The translations under genes were made by a program, and so were the position numbers. DNA of 64,000 nucleotides. Origin: Balanoglossus misakiensis. Lineage: Eukaryota > Animalia > Hemichordata. Under the pieces are notes generated by a model, which was not told the origin of the DNA, ran no database searches, and worked only from the letters and a program-made list of their open reading frames with translations. Location of the stretch: contig CM082577.2 of NCBI GenBank assembly GCA_040954595.2, positions 18,636,303 through 18,700,302 on the forward strand. Direction: 5' to 3'. Below are positions 51,801 through 62,132 of this stretch, piece by piece (the stretch's first letter is position 1; each line of letters opens with the position of its first letter).

Positions 51801-53291
51801 AGATATCTCACTACTTGTAACAGATTCGCAGTTGTCAGTCACATTTACACTAGACACTTTTACATCACAATCAGTATGTGTGCAGTGACAGGTTTCCAAG
51901 TTAGGTGTTTTGACACACTCAACAACATCAAAATGATTTTGATTCAGATGATAAATATAGATACCATCACCTCGACTGAAATTCCTCTCATTAAATTGAG
52001 TGCAAGGATGTTTCCACCATCTGCCAATGGTATGGACATATATGTCAGTATTCAACAAGTTTGCTCCTGCGAAGATTTCAACTTCGGAACCCCAAATGTT
52101 AAGGCAATCCATTCTAGACTTTTCAATGTAGTCTGCAACTGATGTATATCCCATTGCCTTTATGAAATCTAAATATGCATTCTCATTGACTTTCAAGTGA
52201 TTAACAATGGCTTTTCGCATCACTCTGTGATTTCTCTCACTTCCACTTACAGCATATGACAACGCCCGAAACAAACAGTTACCATCACCAACAATTGACT
52301 TTATTTTACAGGGTTCACCAGCTTCCGCACCCTCAATTACATTTACAGACTCATTATTATTTTCATTATGTAAGTGAAGTTTGTCACATAACTCATGTTG
52401 TATCACAGACGTAATTGGACAAAATAAATATTCACTGGTTTCGGTACCAACATCTTGTGAATCATTTCCAACACACTCTGTTTCTGTAACTCTTCCTATG
52501 TTCACATTATCAACTTCTCCCATCACATAAGTCTCTTCAACTTCATGCTCAACAGTAATTCCTCTTTGCTCACCTTCATCATGTGCAACATCTCGTGCCA
52601 CAGTGTTACTTACGTCCTCAAAATCTCCATCATGTTCACCATGACCCTGAAGGAGAGCATTATCAGATTTATTTTGCCAGTCATTCAGATCCCAAAGGAC
52701 ACCATCAGATTCATTTTGCAAGTCATTTAGATCCCGAAGGACACCATCAGATTCATATTGCAACTTATCTAGATCCCGAAGGACACCATCAGATTCATAT
52801 TGCAACTTATCTAGATCCCGAAGGACACCATCAGATTCATATTGCAACTTATCTAGATCCCGAAGGACACCATAAGAGTTATTTTGCAAGTTATCAGGGT
52901 CCCAAAGGACAGCATTATCATATTCATTTTGCAAGTTCTTAGCGTCCTGAAGGACATCATTTCCATATTCATTTTGCAAGTTCTTAGCGTCCCGAGGGAC
53001 ATCATTTCCACATTCATTTTGCAAGTTCTTAGCGTCCCGAAGGACATCATTTCCACATTCATTTTGCAAGTTCTTAGCGTCCCGAGGGACATCATTTCCA
53101 GATTTATTATCCAAGTTCATAAGGTCCCGAGGGACATAATTTCCAGATACATTTCCCACTGTAACAGTGTCATTTTGGTCAAACAGGACAGATTGGCCCT
53201 GAGTGACAATTCCACTGGTTGGTGGGACACGACCCAAACCCAACCGCTTCTTCTGCACATCACTCTTCCTCCAGTACTTCTTACGAGGCAT
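45825..53291 (-). CDS. Helentron RepHel transposase: OTU cysteine protease, HUH Rep, PIF1-like SF1 helicase, AP-type endonuclease (2488 aa)
   Basis: Uninterrupted ORF with GDGNCLFRALS, VEFQQRGSPHTH, YIVSYISK, GGAGTGKS, IIDEISMV, GDFYQLPPV, HKVQGLTV, QAYVALSRV, LTETWL, YRPP, GDFN, IDHVYV. Confidence 0.96.
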   Translation of the reverse strand: MPRKKYWRKSDVQKKRLGLGRVPPTSGIVTQGQSVLFDQNDTVTVGNVSGNYVPRDLMNLDNKSGNDVPRDAKNLQNECGNDVLRDAKNLQNECGNDVPRDAKNLQNEYGNDVLQDAKNLQNEYDNAVLWDPDNLQNNSYGVLRDLDKLQYESDGVLRDLDKLQYESDGVLRDLDKLQYESDGVLRDLNDLQNESDGVLWDLNDWQNKSDNALLQGHGEHDGDFEDVSNTVARDVAHDEGEQRGITVEHEVEETYVMGEVDNVNIGRVTETECVGNDSQDVGTETSEYLFCPITSVIQHELCDKLHLHNENNNESVNVIEGAEAGEPCKIKSIVGDGNCLFRALSYAVSGSERNHRVMRKAIVNHLKVNENAYLDFIKAMGYTSVADYIEKSRMDCLNIWGSEVEIFAGANLLNTDIYVHTIGRWWKHPCTQFNERNFSRGDGIYIYHLNQNHFDVVECVKTPNLETCHCTHTDCDVKVSSVNVTDNCESVTSSEISSSQRKCPNKEIVKDNLNAQGIETGVKRKRRMSTRLRNKLRRVKYQQEQSMECAPSASGTRRSSKGDRQRALYSSNYKIREQLKLKSKLKYNEDKIYNQAKKQKLSEKYWHNEFFREAKKQKLSEKYRRDELFREAKKQKLSEKYWHNELFREAKKQKFSEMYRRDKLFREAKKQKYSEKYRDHAEFRARKKSKIMEQYQQNPLVRENQQSKCLQRYKENPSYRQAVLERSESKRDQKKINERNLDYVVAAFRNQVSNGPDCVCSVCHRRLFRKQVILCKREKYASKIASCDIAENCITEDYVHRCSLLCPLECPLENSAASKVWICYTCDSKLLRGKMPVQAVANNLHVNPIPCELECLNSLEQHLIALHIPFMKMLALPKGGQNGVHGPVVCVPSNIEKATSILPRGELDDQMIKVKLKRKLTYKGSYQYQFVTKSHIQNALDYLRRNNKWYSDVKFNVDWENSLEKTKDEPSEIKDIDADDENEPEKDTNGIFMDTCFQPIDIGQDILDYHFEDIISVAPAEGNAPVSVLMAKFNEAKCFPVLFPTGSPTFHDEREVNITINRYLQSRLLNASNRFAQNTDYIFYSQYLSEMDQVVSNVSIALRKGTAHACGKKVTSDVLTDRESLQNILKCDEGYKFLKPIRGTPPYWQATQKDLFAMIRQLGIPTWFCSFSSADLRWKELIETLLRGEGDTRNAEDLDWSEKCGILKRNPVTAARMFDHRFQCFLKDVIMSPANPIGKIKDYFYRVEFQQRGSPHTHCLFWVEDAPRVDKDSDDEVVDFVDSYVTCEMPSSENDEELHDIVKSVQKHSTRHSKSCKKKNTKCRFNFPRPPSQQTFVCRPVDSVVIKVPEDLEKAENREAFEIAVSQLSVSPVEQTMATKLLEKVWVAMNDKEKEYDTIDDLFAKVGISQEAYERAHSIVSKKISIVMKRQPNDVWVNQYNACLLRCWNANMDIQFVVDAYACVVYIVSYISKAEREMGLLLEHAQKEANKEGNMDAKSALKQLGSVYLHNREVSAQEAVYRVCGLKLKQSSRKVQFIPTGENPIKMSLPFAAIRNKMKGNEVDEESIWMNSVVDRYKNRPYGEEFDTMCLATFCSEYRIVSKSEVVNVNDEKRRSPVVQLHNDTGYMQKRSRTEPAVIRYARFSVTKYPEKYYRSILELFLPYRVDAQLKPRGFESYEDFYRVGAVKCGSESVEKVNVIVERNKALYEKEADAVDMAEEFLGGNNEPLEDAWAQICPENELDRLECIEEGKKCNDDDDGDETDDIPELVVKAQGDCSVEISTSLARAEIAAMCRSLNKKQADVFYSVRQWCLDKSNGKNPEPFYLFVSGGAGTGKSHLIKTLYHEAKRILSRVLPNPDGISVMLTAPTGVAAFNIQGETLHHAFSIAVDSKLPYQPLHEEKINSLRSKLGNLEILIIDEISMVDNKLLHYVHGRLRQIKQSSSHSQFGNVSVIAVGDFYQLPPVKGRPLCVDNDVISLWSDNFRIVELTEIMRQKDSAFAEALNRIRLHKKGEALEANDLEMFQKCVTGESSEAIHIFGTNAEVNKCNVTMLHSLCSDPVCIEAEDFIKNATTGKLERKEGHHTKVYRTMLPKSVTLAIGARVQLTQNIDVSDGLVNGVFGTVCHIEMKETGTFPTAVYVMFDNVSVGQKLRRKTPNVVQLPERSTRIEPQELSVAINGGIRRQFPVKLAWACTVHKVQGLTVDKAVVSLKKMFAPGQAYVALSRVRSLEGLVIDELKTSSIYCNPKIQAALAEMPQFLDTYATKLETSNACTFILHNIEGVENHIEDIRSGTEYLESDFICLTETWLSETTIESDIEVSGFVFCHKPRSLSYNQLNNNTATLQSQHRGGVGVYCNISRTVEILHLPVCNLEYMAFYDKDINVSIAVVYRPPSYKAETFRKNLLLLVSEMGKRHGGIVIMGDFNENIFTSSSLVDLMQCCGFKQCVNRATTEAGTLIDHVYVKGIENVTVEIVPKYFSFHEAIRIQI

Positions 53292-53916
53292 CTGAAAAAT
53301 ATTTCAACACGATTACCATCACCAAACAGAAGTTAACAACTCATTGTTGATCCAACTGTCCACATTTTGCAGTGCCATCCCCATTTTAATGTCTGCATTA
53401 CTTGTCCGCACGTTTTTACCACCATGCAATTGAAATAATACAGGCCTGTCCACAAATAGGATCAATAATACTGGTACAAAGGTGAAATATACATGTTGAA
53501 TAGCAGCTATGCTCACCACATTTCTGTACTGTTCGTGTACATCAAACTACACCATAACTCAGGCATTATCATTACAGCTGCTACACAACATTTTTAATTC
53601 CATCCATGTCCCAGGATAGGATCAATCCTGCTACACAACCATACATATAGTACACAAGCTCTCGACCAGCTATGTTGACCACACCTCTACAAACTACAAC
53701 GCACTTGAAATAATCTGCTATATCTATAACACTTACCGTCAAATATGTTGTGTCACCAAAAACTGAAAAAGAAACCAATTAACTTTATTAGAAAAAAATG
53801 TATATCATACAGTGATTCAACAAAACATACACAAAATCCCCACAAAGTGTGAATCTTACACAACAAAGCTTTTCAGATTTAGTTGAAAATGCCCTTCAAA
53901 TTTCCATGTATGTTAA

Positions 53917-54263
53917 AGGGACAAAGTCTCTCTCACGCTGCCCTTTTTCCATCAATTATATTTAATACAAGACACTGTTTATGTTATTCTACATGTGGAT
54001 ATATAGTGAATCAACAATCGACCACACACAACTTCCATCCCGTTTGTAGGATATGAGATTCAAAATCCCGCCAAAATGAATAAATGGTAAACACTGATTA
54101 TTCATTTTGGTGAGTTTTCCACTCCCGTGTCTACAAGTGGGATGGAAGTAGTGTGTGGTCGAACGTTGATTCTCTTTATACTCACATGTAAAATAACACA
54201 AACGATGTCTTGTATCAAATATAATTCACGGAAAAAGGGCAGCGAGAGACAGACTTTGTCCCT
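53917..54263. mobile_element. Palindromic MITE with TTAA TSD (Kolobok-like), shared with copy 1
   Basis: TTAA-AGGGACAAAGTC...GACTTTGTCCCT-TTAA. Confidence 0.78.
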
Positions 54264-54301
54264 TTAACAATATTATACATAGCTACAAATAGGATTATTG
54301 A

Positions 54302-54648
54302 AGGAACAAAGTCTCTCTCTCGCTGGCCTTTTTCCATTATTTATGTTTGATACAAGACGCCGTTTATGTTATTCTACATGTGGATATATGGTGAATCAAC
54401 ATTCAGCCACACACAACTTCCATCTCGTTTGAAGGATATGAGAGTAAAAACTCGCCCAAAATGAATAAATGGTAAAGAACAATTATTCATTTTGGCGAGT
54501 TCTTTCACTCTCCTGTCTGAAAGAGGGATGGAAATTGTGTGTGGTTGAACATTGATTCACTATATATCCACATGTAGAATAACAAACGTTGTCTCTTATG
54601 AAATATAATTAATGGAAAAAAGGGCAGCGTGAGAGAAACTTTGTCCCT
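54302..54648. mobile_element. Second MITE of the same family, copy 2 only
   Basis: TTGA-AGGAACAAAGTC...AACTTTGTCCCT-TTAA. Copy 1 has the empty site GATTATTAATCA (~17279-17290) with a single TTAA. Confidence 0.78.
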
Positions 54649-56273
54649 TTAATCATCAAAACTCTCAGTGAACAAACAATGACACATGTCACTTTCACAG
54701 CCAGCCCTCAACAGATTAATATCATTTCACAACAGACAAAACCACACATGTTATGATGTATTACTTCAATTAACCATATCTACACATTCAAATCCAAATG
54801 TTTGTCACAATGACTGAAATGAATCAAATAAAATTGATGAACACAGGCATGCCTCCCTCATCAACATAACAATACACCTTCAAATAAACACCAATCATGG
54901 CACATCATTTCACGAGTATTTCCAGCAATTTTAAAGTGTCAAACAACTTTTAATATCACACAATATTCCAGAAAACAGCTCAAATCCACACCCTTAATCC
55001 TTTAAGGTCATGGTCAAAAACAATATCAAACACTCACCTTGAGAATGAGATATATCTGTTCAGCGAAATCTGTTAACAGAATAGACAAAAATATTACTAC
55101 TCATTCGTTATTTCCCTCAGATAAACCACAACAGAAAAATGTGCAAGCATGTGTATGTAAGTCACAAACATGACATGTCAGTATAAAAATACACATACAT
55201 CATTCAAAATAACCCATACAGAACAGTGTCCTTGTCCACATCGAATTATTAATTTAATTATTGCGTAGGCTACTCTGCGAAATACATCGTCGCCGCCATA
55301 TTGAATTGGACTTACCCTGTTTATGGGTGAAAAAAAAACCCTAATAAAACTGACATCGGCTCTCATATCATCAAAATCTCACTACCGCCACATCAACTAC
55401 AACTACACAACCGCCACCATCCAGCTTTCCACTCATCCAAATCACCGATAACGTTTACACCACTTCTACAACTTAGACATGTCACCATAAATTATTGCGT
55501 AAGCAACTCTGGAAAACACACGATCGCCGCCATTTTGTATTGGACTTACCTCTATAGTCTATACATGTCGACATAAAACCCTAATGAAACTGACATCGCC
55601 TCCTATATCATAAAAAATCTCATTACCGCCGGATCAACTACAACTACACAACCGCCACCATCCAGCTTTCCACTCATCCAAATCACTGATAAAGTTATTC
55701 ACATTTACACCATATTTACAACTCAGACATGTCAGCATAAATTATTGCGTAAGCAACTCTGCAAAACACTTGGTCGCCGCCATATTGTATTGGACTTGCC
55801 TCTGTACGAGTGAAAATATAACTGAAATTAAACTGACATCGGCTCTCATATCATCAAAATCACACTACCGCTAGATAAACTACAACTTCACAATCGTCAC
55901 CACCCAGGTTTCCACTCGTTAAAATCACCGATAAGGCGATTACTACAACTTTCAAAACTTCGACATGTTAGCAAATTATACTCACCAGTAATCAGCTGAC
56001 CACTACTGTAGACGTGTTTCCGTAATCACATTCGTTTTCGGATCCGTCAACCTCAAAGCTCTGTAGAACAGCTTTGGATTCAAGTGCACACAGGTCAAAT
56101 AGCCTCTTCCTGCACAAAGTTTCAATAGCCATTGTAGCTGTATGTAATACTAGTAGAAGGTATATTAACGCATTACACAAAATCGACCAAAATATTGCTC
56201 AGATGTTGAACTAAGGTTTGTTGCTATGCGCTATTTTGGCTTGGGCCCGCCATTGCTGCTTGGCAGCTATATT

Positions 56274-56535
56274 TAGGGCCCAAGCGCAAGCCAGCGCTTG
56301 GGCCCTATTGGTTTCGTTGGGGTTTTTAGGGCCCAAGCGCAAGCCAGCGCTTGGGCCCTATTGGTTTCGTTGGGGTTTTTTAGGGCCCAAGCGCATACCA
56401 GCGCTTGGGCCCTATTGGTTTCGTTGGGGTTTTTAGGGCCCAAGCGCATACCAGCGCTTGGGCCCTATTGGTTTCGTTGGGGTTTTTAGGGCCCAAGCGC
56501 AAGCAAGCGCTTGGGCCCTATTGGTTTCGTTGGAA
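56274..56535 (-). repeat. Stack of five Helentron 3' hairpins (~53-bp period)
   Basis: TAGGGCCCAAGCGC-loop-GCGCTTGGGCCCTATTGGTTTCGTTGG at ~56274, 56327, 56381, 56434 and 56487. Confidence 0.9.
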
Positions 56536-59500
56536 TTTTTCTTTCTTTCTTTCTTTATTCTTGTGTCAATTCTTCGGCCAACTAAATCTTTGAAACTACT
56601 GCAGGTACACTGCTCAAACTTGCTACAGTGGTCAAGGTCTATGAGTAGATGTGCAGTGACTTGTGAATACTTAATTAGTCACGTGACCTGGCGGCCATAT
56701 TGGATTTTCTGAAAAAAATCAAATCTCAGATCTCAGAAACTACAAGTCAGATCGACTTCAAATTTGGCATGCAGGTAGACTATCTTCTACCCATCATTTT
56801 TGTAATTGGAAATTTTGCTGTCATTGTTGCAGTTTTTTTGCTACAATTTTTTTTCTGAAATCTGGCTTAAAATTCAAAAATCTTCTTCTCCAGAACCGGT
56901 GATAACCGAGACACGGGGTTTGGGGTATGTGGTCACCTAACTGATGTCTATCAAGTTTGCGAAGATCATTGTGATTGGTTGAAGATTATGGCGGCCATAT
57001 TGGATTTTCGAAAAACCATAGTTAAACTCCAAAAATCTTCTTCTCCAGAACGGGCGATGACTGAGTTGCAAGATTCGGGGAGTATGGTCACTACACTGAT
57101 GTCTATCAAGTTTGCAAAGAGCATTGTGATTGGTCGAAGATTATGGCGGCCATATTGGATTTTGTAAAAAGCAGTGAAAATTTGAAATTCCTTTTTCTAG
57201 TCTAAAAATTGATAGCATACAAATTCTTTTTATGGATATCAATCGTCATGTGACTAAAATATGTTACAATTTTTTTGGCAATTTTTCACATGACCTTTGA
57301 CCTACTTATCACGCGTTATTATTTCTGCATATCTAATTCCAGGCTAACCTATAGGGCTAGACGTTTGGTTTTTGATGAATGTGGATTAGTGTGTGATCAA
57401 AATATTTTGCTACTTTTCATGACCCCTTTGACCTCAGCTGACCTCATTAATTATGTACTTAGCTAATTACAGGCGAACCAATAGAGCTAGAGGTTTGTTT
57501 TTTGTTGGACATGGACCAGTATGGGATCAAAATTTTTTGCCCAAATGTTGGGTGACCTCTGGTGACCTTTGACCTACTTTCGCATATCTCAGCATCCAGA
57601 GCAGATACAGCCATGGCATTAGGTAGGATGGGACCAAAATGTAAAGCCAAATATTGGGTCACCTGTGACACCTGCTGACCTCATTAAATATGCACATACC
57701 TTATTACAGGCGAACCAATAGAGCTAGAGTTTTGGTTTTTGTTGGACATGGACCAGTATGGGTAAAAAAAAATTGCCCAAATGTTGGGTGACCTCAGGTG
57801 ACCTTTGACCTACTTCACCCTATTTCAGCAGCAAAAATACACACATCCTTGTTATGTCATGAGATAATACTTCCGATAGAAAATTCTGTTTCTTCTCATT
57901 CATACTGTGCATATATAATTCAAGATCAGCGCTTGGGCCCGACAATGCTGCTCGCAGCTTTAATTCTTTCTTTCTTTTTTCTTGTGTCAATTTCTTCGGC
58001 CAACGAGATCTCTGAAACTACTGCAGGTACACTTCTCAAACTTGCTACAGTGGTCAAGGTCAATGAGTAGATGTGCAGTGACTTGTGAATAATTAATTAG
58101 TCACGTGACCTGGCGGCCATATTGGATTTTCTGAAAAAATTCAAATCTCAGATCTCAGAAACTACAAGTCAGATCGACTTCAAATTTGGCATGAAGGTAG
58201 ACTACCTTCTACCCATCATTTTTGTAATTGGAAATTTTGCTGTCAATGTTGCAGTTTTTTTGCTACAATTTTTTTTCTGAAATCTGGCTTAAATTTCAAA
58301 AATCTTCTTCTCCAGAACCAGTGATAACCGAGACACGGGGTTTGGGGTATGTGGTCACCTAACTGATGTCTATCAAGTTTGCGAAGATCATTGTGATTGG
58401 TCGAAGATTATGGCGGCCATATTGGATTTTAGAAAAACCATAGTTAAACTCCAAAAATCTTCTTCTCCAGAACGGGCGATGACTGAGTCGCAAGATTCGG
58501 GGAGTATGGTCACTACACTGATGTCTATCAAGTTTGCAAAGAGCATTGTGATTGGTCGAAGATTATGGCGGCCATATTGGATTTTGTAAAAAGCAGTGAA
58601 AAATTGAAATTCCTTTTTCTAGTCTAAAAATTGATAGCATACAAATTCTTTTCATGGATATCAATCGTCATGTGACTAAAATATGTTACAATTTTTCGGC
58701 GATTTTTCACATGACCTTTGACCTACTTATCACGCGTTAGTATTTCTGCATATCTAATTCCAGGCTAACCTATAGGGCTAGACGTTTGGTTTTTGATGAA
58801 TGTGGATTAGTGTGTGATCAAAATATTTTGCTACTTTTCATGACCCCTTTGACCTCTGCTGACCTCATTAATTATGTGCATAGCTAATTACAGGCGAACC
58901 AATAGAGCTAGAGGTTTGGTTTTTGTTGGACACAGACCAGTATGAGATCAAAATTTTTTGCCCAAATGTTGCGTGACCTCTGGTGACCTTTGACCTACTT
59001 TCGCATATCTCAGCATCCAGAGCAGATACAGCCATGGCATTTGGTAGGATGGGACCGAAATGTAAAGCCACATTTTTGAGTCACCTGTGACACCTGCTGA
59101 CCTCATTAAATATGCACATACCTAATTACAGGCGAACCAATAGAGCTAGAGTTTTGTTTTTTGTTGGACATGGACCAGTGTGGGATCAAAATTTTTTGCC
59201 CAAATGTTGCGTGACCTCTGGTGACCTTTGACCTACTTCACCCTATTTCAGCAGCAAAAATACACACATCCTTGTTATGTCATCAGATAATACATACGAT
59301 AGAAAATTCTGTTTTTTCTCATTCATACTGTGCATATATAATTCAAGATCAGCGCTTGGGCCCGACAATGCTGCTTGCAGCTTTAATTAGGGCCCAAGCG
59401 CACGCAAGCGCTTGGGCCCTATTGGTTTCGTTGGGGTTTTTCTTTCTTTCTTTTTTCTTGTGTCAATTTCTTCGGCCAACGAGATCTCTGAAACTACTGC

Positions 59501-60863
59501 AGGTACACTTCTCAAACTTGCTACAGTGGTCAAGGTCAATGAGTAGATGTGCAGTGACTTGTGAATAATTAATTAGTCACGTGACCTGGCGGCCATATTG
59601 GATTTTCTGAAAAAATTCAAATCTCAGATCTCAGAAACTACAAGTCAGATCGACTTCAAATTTGGCATGCAGGTAGACTACCTTCTACCCATCATTTTTG
59701 TAATTGGAAATTTTGCTGTCAATGTTGCAGTTTTTTTGCTACAATTTTTTTTCTGAAATCTGGCTTAAATTTCAAAAATCTTCTTCTCCAGAACCAGTGA
59801 TAACCGAGACACGGGGTTTGGGGTATGTGGTCACCTAACTGATGTCTATCAAGTTTGCGAAGATCATTGTGATTGGTCGAAGATTATGGCGGCCATATTG
59901 GATTTTAGAAAAACCATAGTTAAACTCCAAAAATCTTCTTCTCCAGAACGGGCGATGACTGAGTCGCAAGATTCGGGGAGTATGGTCACTACACTGATGT
60001 CTATCAAGTTTGCAAAGAGCATTGTGATTGGTCGAAGATTATGGCGGCCATATTGGATTTTGTAAAAAGCAGTGAAAAATTGAAATTCCTTTTTCTAGTC
60101 TAAAAATTGATAGCATACAAATTCTTTTCATGGATATCAATCGTCATGTGACTAAAATATGTTACAATTTTTCGGCGATTTTTCACATGACCTTTGACCT
60201 ACTTATCACGCGTTAGTATTTCTGCATATCTAATTCCAGGCTAACCTATAGGGCTAGACGTTTGGTTTTTGATGAATGTGGATTAGTGTGTGATCAAAAT
60301 ATTTTGCTACTTTTCATGACCCCTTTGACCTCTGCTGACCTCATTTATTATGTGCATAGCTAATTACAGGCGAACCAATAGAGCTAGAGGTTTGGTTTTT
60401 GTTGGACACAGACCAGTATGAGATCAAAATTTTTTGCCCAAATGTTGCGTGACCTCTGGTGACCTTTGACCTACTTTCGCATATCTCAGCATCCAGAGCA
60501 GATACAGCCATGGCATTTGGTAGGATGGGACCAAAATGTAAAGCCACATTTTTGAGTCACCTGTGACACCTGCTGACCTCATTAAATATGCACATACCTA
60601 ATTACAGGCGAACCAATAGAGCTAGAGTTTTGTTTTTTGTTGGACATGGACCAGTGTGGGATCAAAATTTTTTGCCCAAATGTTGGGTGACCTTAGGTGA
60701 CCTTTCACCTACTTCACCCTATTTCAGCAGCAAAATACACACATCCTTGTTATGCCATGAGATAATACATACGATAGAAAATTCTGTTTTTTCTCATTCA
60801 TACTGTGCATATATAATTCAAGATCAGCGCTTGGGCCCGACAATGCTGCTTGCAGCTTTAATT
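56536..60863 (-). mobile_element. Three ~1.43-kb family-B non-autonomous Helentron bodies (ends 57965, 59388, 60863; extra hairpin at ~59388)
   Basis: Near-identical to 18861-20311 and 37890-39344. Each ends in GCTTGGGCCCGACAATGCTGCT(C/T)GCAGCTTTAATT. Confidence 0.85.
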
Positions 60864-60871
60864 ATTATTAT

Positions 60872-62132
60872 TAGGGGCACAAGCCTATCGGGCTTGTGCC
60901 CCTATTGGTATTGTTGGAATTTTTCTTTATTATTATTCTTCTTCTTCTGAGAATTTCGGCCAGGTAGATCTGGAAAACCGCAGCTCCTAGGGGGCTGAAA
61001 CTTGGTAGGGTGATAGGGGCCAATGAGTAGACGTGCAGTGGCTCGTGAATATTTAATTAGTCACGTGACCTGGCGGCCATATTGGATTTCCTGAAAATCG
61101 TTAAACGAGTCCTTCTCAAAAACTACTGGGCCGATCGAGTTCAAATTTGGTGTGCAGGTAGCCTACCTTCTGACCATCATTTTACCCCGTTGAAATCATG
61201 ACGTCACACATAAAGTTTTTTTGCTACAATTGTTTTTCTGAAAAACTACTTAAAACTTTAAAAATCTTCTTCTCCAGAACCAGCGGTTACCGAGTCTCGG
61301 GATTTGGGATATGTGGTCACCTAACCTATGTCTATCAAATTTGCGAAGCGCACTGTGATTGGTCGATCATTATGGCGGCCATGTTGGATTTTCGGAAAAC
61401 CATTGAAAAGTGATAATTCCGTTCTGTAGCCAAAATGTTGACAGCATGGAAATTCTTTTTTTGGATATGAGTCATCATATGACCGGAAGTTGTCACAATT
61501 TTTCGGGGCAATTTTCACATGACCTTTGACCTAGTTTTAAAACAACTAATTATATATGCATAATCCCCATACCTCCTCTTGTCAAAGCACCACAGTCATG
61601 AATTTTGTGGACATGGGTACCAATGCTGCCAGGACATGACACAAATATTTTGGTAATTTTGACAATGACCTTTGACCTATTTCTGAAACATCATTTTTCT
61701 GCATATCTAATTCCATGCTACCCAATAGGGCTAGAGGTCCGGTATTGGTTGGACATGGCCCACTCTGGGGTCAAAATTTTATGCCCTAATTTTGGGTGAC
61801 CTTGGGTGACCTTTGATCTACTTTCCCATATCTCAGCATCCAGAGCAGTTAGAGCCCTGGCTGGGGATTGCGCACATAATGGAGTTTTACACAAGACCTC
61901 ATTAATTATGTGCATACCTAATTGCAGGCGAACCAATAGGGCTAGGGGTCTGGTTTTTTGTTGGATCTAGACTAGTATGGGGTCCGATTTTTTTGCCCAA
62001 ATTTGGGGTGACCTCAGGTGACCTTTGACCTACTTTCCAATATCTTGTTATCCACAGCAGATACAGCCGTGGCATTTGCTGGTCACCATGGGAACCGCTT
62101 GTGCCCCGCCAACGCTGCTTGCAGCTTTAATT
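60872..62132 (-). mobile_element. Complete family-C non-autonomous Helentron
   Basis: Hairpin TAGGGGCACAAGCC-TATCG-GGCTTGTGCCCCTA at one end and GCTTGTGCCCCGCCAACGCTGCTTGCAGCTTTAATT at the other. Confidence 0.82.

Larger units (their letters stand above)
53737..56180 (-). other. Predicted spliced 5' leader of RepHel, copy 2: exon 1 (ends 55986), micro-exons 55038-55055 and 53737-53762
   Basis: Same splice signals and exon lengths (18 and 26 nt) as copy 1. Confidence 0.6.
41126..56273 (-). mobile_element. Helentron copy 2, apparently autonomous; its 3' hairpin is probably the one at ~39398
   Basis: Intact 2488-aa ORF. 5' terminus at ~56239-56273. Family-A 3' body with ~240-bp repeats at 41126-42800. 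Confidence 0.9.

Noticed and set aside
56274-56535. Hairpin stacks (also 18649-18860 and 39344-39490) as a CRISPR or REP-like array
   Set aside because: No unique spacers of constant length, no cas genes and a eukaryotic context. The units are Helentron 3' termini.
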